From: Mitosporidium daphniae
Lineage: Eukaryota
Assembly: GCF_000760515.2 (NCBI RefSeq)
Contig: NW_013546534.1
Location: forward strand, 1-45,931
Direction of reading: 5' to 3'
DNA length: 45,931 bases
Both the position numbers and the translations under genes were made by a program. Shown piece after piece: positions 42,195 through 45,931 of the stretch (position 1 is the first letter of the stretch; each line of letters starts with the position of its first letter). The notes under the pieces were generated by a model. It ran no database searches, had not been told where the DNA came from, and saw only the letters and a list, made by a program, of their open reading frames with translations.

Positions 42195-43460
42195 ATGAAA
42201 CTGCTTTTGCCTTTTGTTTTGGCTGCCTTTGGATTTGCGAATCTTTTTTTTCGCATCTCCTCAAGCCCGGTCAATTTCACAGATGCTCCTCCGACCGAAT
42301 TTATGGAAGATCCTTGTGACCATTCGATGAAATACAATGCCACTCAATTTTCTGGCCTTGTAGCTGAGCTCGACCAGCTCACTTCCCTCACCAATTCGAT
42401 GAATAGCGAAAGGGGGCATGCAGTTTGCCCTCGCATTTTCCTTCGCAAAGAATTTCGAGACATGTCGCCGGCAGAATGGTCTCGCTTCAAGCGGGCCCTT
42501 TTGAAAATGATGGATGGATCCACCACCCCCCAAGCGAATACTGGCGAAGATGCGCTTCCGCCGCCAACTTCAATTACTTTCTGGACCCATCTCCATTTGG
42601 CTTCTGTTCCGCACGCACATGGTACGCCTCAATTTCTCCCCTGGCATCGGCTGTTTTTGCACAAGTTTGAACTCGCACTTCGGTTAATCGATCCTTATGT
42701 CACGATCCCTTACTGGGATTGGTCCTTGGATGCACCGAATCCAGCATCCTCCCCGATTTGGTCGCTGCCCTATTTAGGAACTGTCTATTCCGAAAGTGGC
42801 GATTGTATTAATTTTCCCGTTTTAAAATCGCCTCGTCCTCATTGCTTGAAGCGGAGACGAATATTTTCTCCCCAAAATGACCAGGCCGGTGCTGCTCCGT
42901 TTTACTCTGCAAAAACATTGAAGGCTGTAGTTGAAGACATGTCACTGACATATGACCGTTTCCGGGCTTTGATTGAGCTGGCACCCCACAATATTGTTCA
43001 CGTGGCCATTGGTGGCTCTGAAGGGGACATGTCGTTCATGTCATCGCCGAACGACCCCATATTTTGGCTACATCACACGTTTATTGACAAACTTTGGGCT
43101 GACCACCAGGATCTTTCCATAGCGCAAAAGGGAAGGTTTTCTTCGCTCACCGATTACAATGGAGAAAACCCGCTTACACAAACGGATGTCTCTCTTTCCG
43201 ACAGGCTTCGACCCTTTGAGGAATCCGTCCACGAGACAATGGATTATAGCGCACCTCCATTTTGCTACAAATATGCGCCGCCAAGAAAGGCGGTTGCCGC
43301 CTCTCTTGCAAGTAAAAGACATTTAGCGGATGCGATCCACATCCAGCGGCTTCCAGAACCGATCCCCAACTCTTGGCTGCGAATGCATCGCTTTAACATA
43401 AGCCAGGTACGAGAAGCCGAAACGATTCTCGCGATGATGATGGCTCGTGAGGCAAATTGA
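42195..43460 (+). CDS. Secreted tyrosinase (type-3 di-copper), intronless
   Basis: Signal-peptide-like MKLLLPFVLAAFGFA. RKEFRDMS..EW, CuA THLH...AHGTPQFLPWHR, TIPYWDWS, CuB PHNIVH..IGG..GDM...SPNDPIFWLHHTFIDKLW. Confidence 0.95.
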   Translation: MKLLLPFVLAAFGFANLFFRISSSPVNFTDAPPTEFMEDPCDHSMKYNATQFSGLVAELDQLTSLTNSMNSERGHAVCPRIFLRKEFRDMSPAEWSRFKRALLKMMDGSTTPQANTGEDALPPPTSITFWTHLHLASVPHAHGTPQFLPWHRLFLHKFELALRLIDPYVTIPYWDWSLDAPNPASSPIWSLPYLGTVYSESGDCINFPVLKSPRPHCLKRRRIFSPQNDQAGAAPFYSAKTLKAVVEDMSLTYDRFRALIELAPHNIVHVAIGGSEGDMSFMSSPNDPIFWLHHTFIDKLWADHQDLSIAQKGRFSSLTDYNGENPLTQTDVSLSDRLRPFEESVHETMDYSAPPFCYKYAPPRKAVAASLASKRHLADAIHIQRLPEPIPNSWLRMHRFNISQVREAETILAMMMAREAN

Positions 43461-43538
43461 GCGTCAAATAAAATTTTGTCCCCATTTGAACTTGGCGGGA
43501 ACTCGCCAATGGCTGACTTTTGTAATGGGCAGGTTGAA

Positions 43539-43613
43539 AATTTTCATAGCCGCCTCTTGTTTGCAAATAATTTAATTTTCATAGCCGCCTCTTGTTTACA
43601 AATAAATTAATTT
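43539..43613. repeat. 35-bp tandem duplication between the convergent 3' ends of tyrosinase and DBP4
   Basis: AATTTTCATAGCCGCCTCTTGTTT(G/A)CAAATAA(T/A)TT at 43539 and 43574. Confidence 0.9.
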
Positions 43614-43629
43614 ATTATATCGATGATGC

Positions 43630-45610
43630 TTACTTAAGAGCAGACAGAGCAAGAGACTCCAAATCTTCGGAACTTATCGAAAGCGTAGTCGCGGTTGGAC
43701 TCTGAGCACCATTTACAGACTTGAGCTTCCTCTTTTTCTCCCTTCTCTTTTCCTTTTCAAAGGCACGATCTCGATCATCGGCCTGGTGAAGTTCTTTAGA
43801 TCGCTTTTCAAAGTACTCCCCAACCCTATTGGCAGACGTGTCAATCGATGTTTCTAGGATGAACTTGTATGGGTTTTTGGCGTTTCCATCCTCATCAAAG
43901 AGGATCCTGGTGCTTGGGCTTTGGGATGAATGTCCAAGCTCATTGATGGATGATCTCTTTTTCTTCGAATGATGCTTAGCAGCTACAATGAGTGCTTCTT
44001 CCTTTGTGTCGCGGCTAGGAGAGCCCCTGCCGGATGCTGCAGGTCCCTTTGGAACAAGAAGCTGCTCATCCTCGCTTTCGTCCAGGGTCTGGTGATCGAA
44101 ATGCTTTTCTTGATTTCTGCTAAGGAATCGTGACTTTAGAGTGGAAATAAACTGCTTTACAGGGATTGGGATATCAGAAAGCCCCCAAGACTGGGAAAGC
44201 TTTAAAATATTCAACTCTTCAAGCATGACGCCGATGCGCTGAGAAAAGTCGACCTTATGGGCCGTCTTTATCAACAGCACGATCGATCGAATGTACGAGA
44301 GCATAGCGCACGAAGCTAGGTACTTGATTTCGGAAAACTGTGTGCAAATGGAGCCAATCTTTTCTTCCGTCGCCAATATCTAAGCGATCAAAAGCACGAA
44401 AATACCCCTACCTTTGAAGCACTCGGCGAAAGCTCTTGGCAGCTTGACAGTTTGGAAAGAAATGGAAAGGTGTCCAGCTCAAAAGGAGCGACAAACAACA
44501 GCGAGCTCCCGGTTGCTTCATACCGAGCGGTCCTTCCAGACCGATGGATGTATGTTTCCAGGGAATCAGGCGCATCCATATGTATGACCCAGTCGATAAG
44601 TGGGAAATCCAGGCCTCTCGATGCAATGTCTGTGGCAATCATTAGAGAGGCATTTCTGGCACAAAAGTCTTTGAACAACGCGATTCGCTTCATCTGTGAT
44701 TGCTTCCCGTGAAGAGACGTAATTGGAATGCCTGGCTGCATTTTGCAAAAAAGCTCATAAATAAACCGCGCCTGCTTGCAAGAAGACACGAAAATGAGCA
44801 TTTTACATTTCAAGTGTGTTTTGATGAAGGAAAAAAGAAAATCGATTTTCCTCTCAAACGGGACTCTCATGAAAAACTGCTGCAATTTGTCTGGCATTTG
44901 CAGCGATTGTGGCGTTTTTTGATCGTTTTTTTCCTTCTGGTCGTGCACCTGGATCGAAAGAGGGTCCCTCAACGATAGCCGTGCAAATTCATTGACACTA
45001 TTTGCTAGCGTTGCAGAAAATAGCATGGTTTGTCTTGTGGATGGCGGAGGAAGACCGGCGAAGATCGCATTTATTGTTGCTGAAAATCCAAGCTCAAAGA
45101 TCTTGTCGGCCTCATCCAGCACTAGGACCTTCAGCGAGCGGAGCTCAAAGCCTTCAGTCTGATCCATGTGCTGGAGAAGACGGCCAGGAGTGGCAATAAT
45201 AATGTTCATTCGACATATGGTTGCCTTCTCTTGCTTGAGGGACTTTCCCCCGATCACAAGGCCAGCAGAAAGGGTTGAATAATGATGTCCTACCCTCTTT
45301 AAAACCTCAAACGACTGTAAAGCCTAGAAACATAAGTCAAACAAAAAGGCTTTACCAATTCACGGGTTGGAGATATAACCAGTGCAGAGGGACCATCTGA
45401 GCGCGTAATCTTCAGTCGAGACAAGATTTCTAGCATAGGAATCAGGAACGCAAGGGTCTTTCCAGATCCAGTTTTTGCCGTTGCCAGAATATCCCTTCCA
45501 AGGAGAATCTGTGGAATCACTGCCTGTTGAACATCGGTCATTTCAATATAGTTGGCCTTGTTGAGACCATTTAAGATTTGAGTGGAAAGCTGGACGTCCG
45601 AAAATTTCAT
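43630..45610 (-). CDS. DBP4: DEAD-box RNA helicase Dbp4/DDX10; introns 45324-45355 and 44380-44411
   Basis: AKTGSGKTLAFLIP, ALVISPTREL|ALQ, TPGRLLQHMDQT, LVLDEAD, FSAT, SSCKQARFIYELFCKMQPGIP, YIHRSGRTARY. Confidence 0.95.
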
Positions 45611-45709
45611 AAAAAGCCGGAATTTGAAATTAAATTTTATTGTTTTAATTGCCAATGATTTCTTGAAAACTCGACTGATTCATACCAGACCCGGCATTGA
45701 GTCAAGATT

Positions 45710-45931
45710 GGAGCTGATATTGGCGATGCGAGCGACTGCATAGTTCCAGTCTACTCGATCGGAATGTGGTCGTATTATAATCCAAAAACGAAGCCCACAT
45801 GCTAGTTCACATATCCGACATATAGTACGATCGGGGCAAAGCCCAACAGAGCCTGAGCTTGCTCATCAACTGACGCAACCAATGTGGATGATGCATGGGA
45901 CTTTCATTAGTGAACCTAAGTAAGCCCAGAA
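45710..45931 (-). CDS. Possible 3' end of an unidentified minus-strand gene cut by the window edge
   Basis: One frame reads FTNESPMHHPHWLRQLMSKLRLCWALPRS|MWASFLDYNTTTF... if a 27-nt GTACTA...AACTAG intron is removed. No homology recognised; boundaries approximate. Confidence 0.25.

Noticed and set aside
45896..45929. RNase MRP/P P4-like pair (TGGGCTTAC and GAAAGTCCCA) on the minus strand
   Set aside because: The two strands are in the wrong order and only about 15 nt apart, at the window edge. More likely an intron end plus coding sequence.

Overview
Gene-dense eukaryotic nuclear DNA from a highly compacted, fungus-allied genome. It carries Ste12, Chs4/Skt5 and tyrosinase. It also carries genes for a genome-bearing, respiring mitochondrion (PPR protein, Cbp4-like, uS15m, Gem1/Miro, Tim22, lipoate ligase). 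About 27 protein-coding genes are packed with intergenic gaps often under 100 bp. I reconstructed about 50 spliceosomal introns by hand: about 46 are only 23-37 nt and four are longer (66, 93, 110, 142 nt). This combination best fits a Rozellomycota or short-branch microsporidian such as Mitosporidium; that assignment is inference, not verified. The ORF track fragments or misses many genes. Highlights are: a U5 snRNA; two unexplained, hairpin-rich non-coding stretches, one starting with a telomere-template-like AACCCTAA; a TRF/Tbf1-type telobox Myb protein together with AACCCTAA motifs in intergenic DNA; a SAS-4/CPAP-type TCP10-domain protein; a GC-AG micro-intron in Rad4/XPC; and a possible non-AUG start in the lipoate ligase. 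No mobile elements, CRISPR arrays, tRNAs or rRNAs were recognised.
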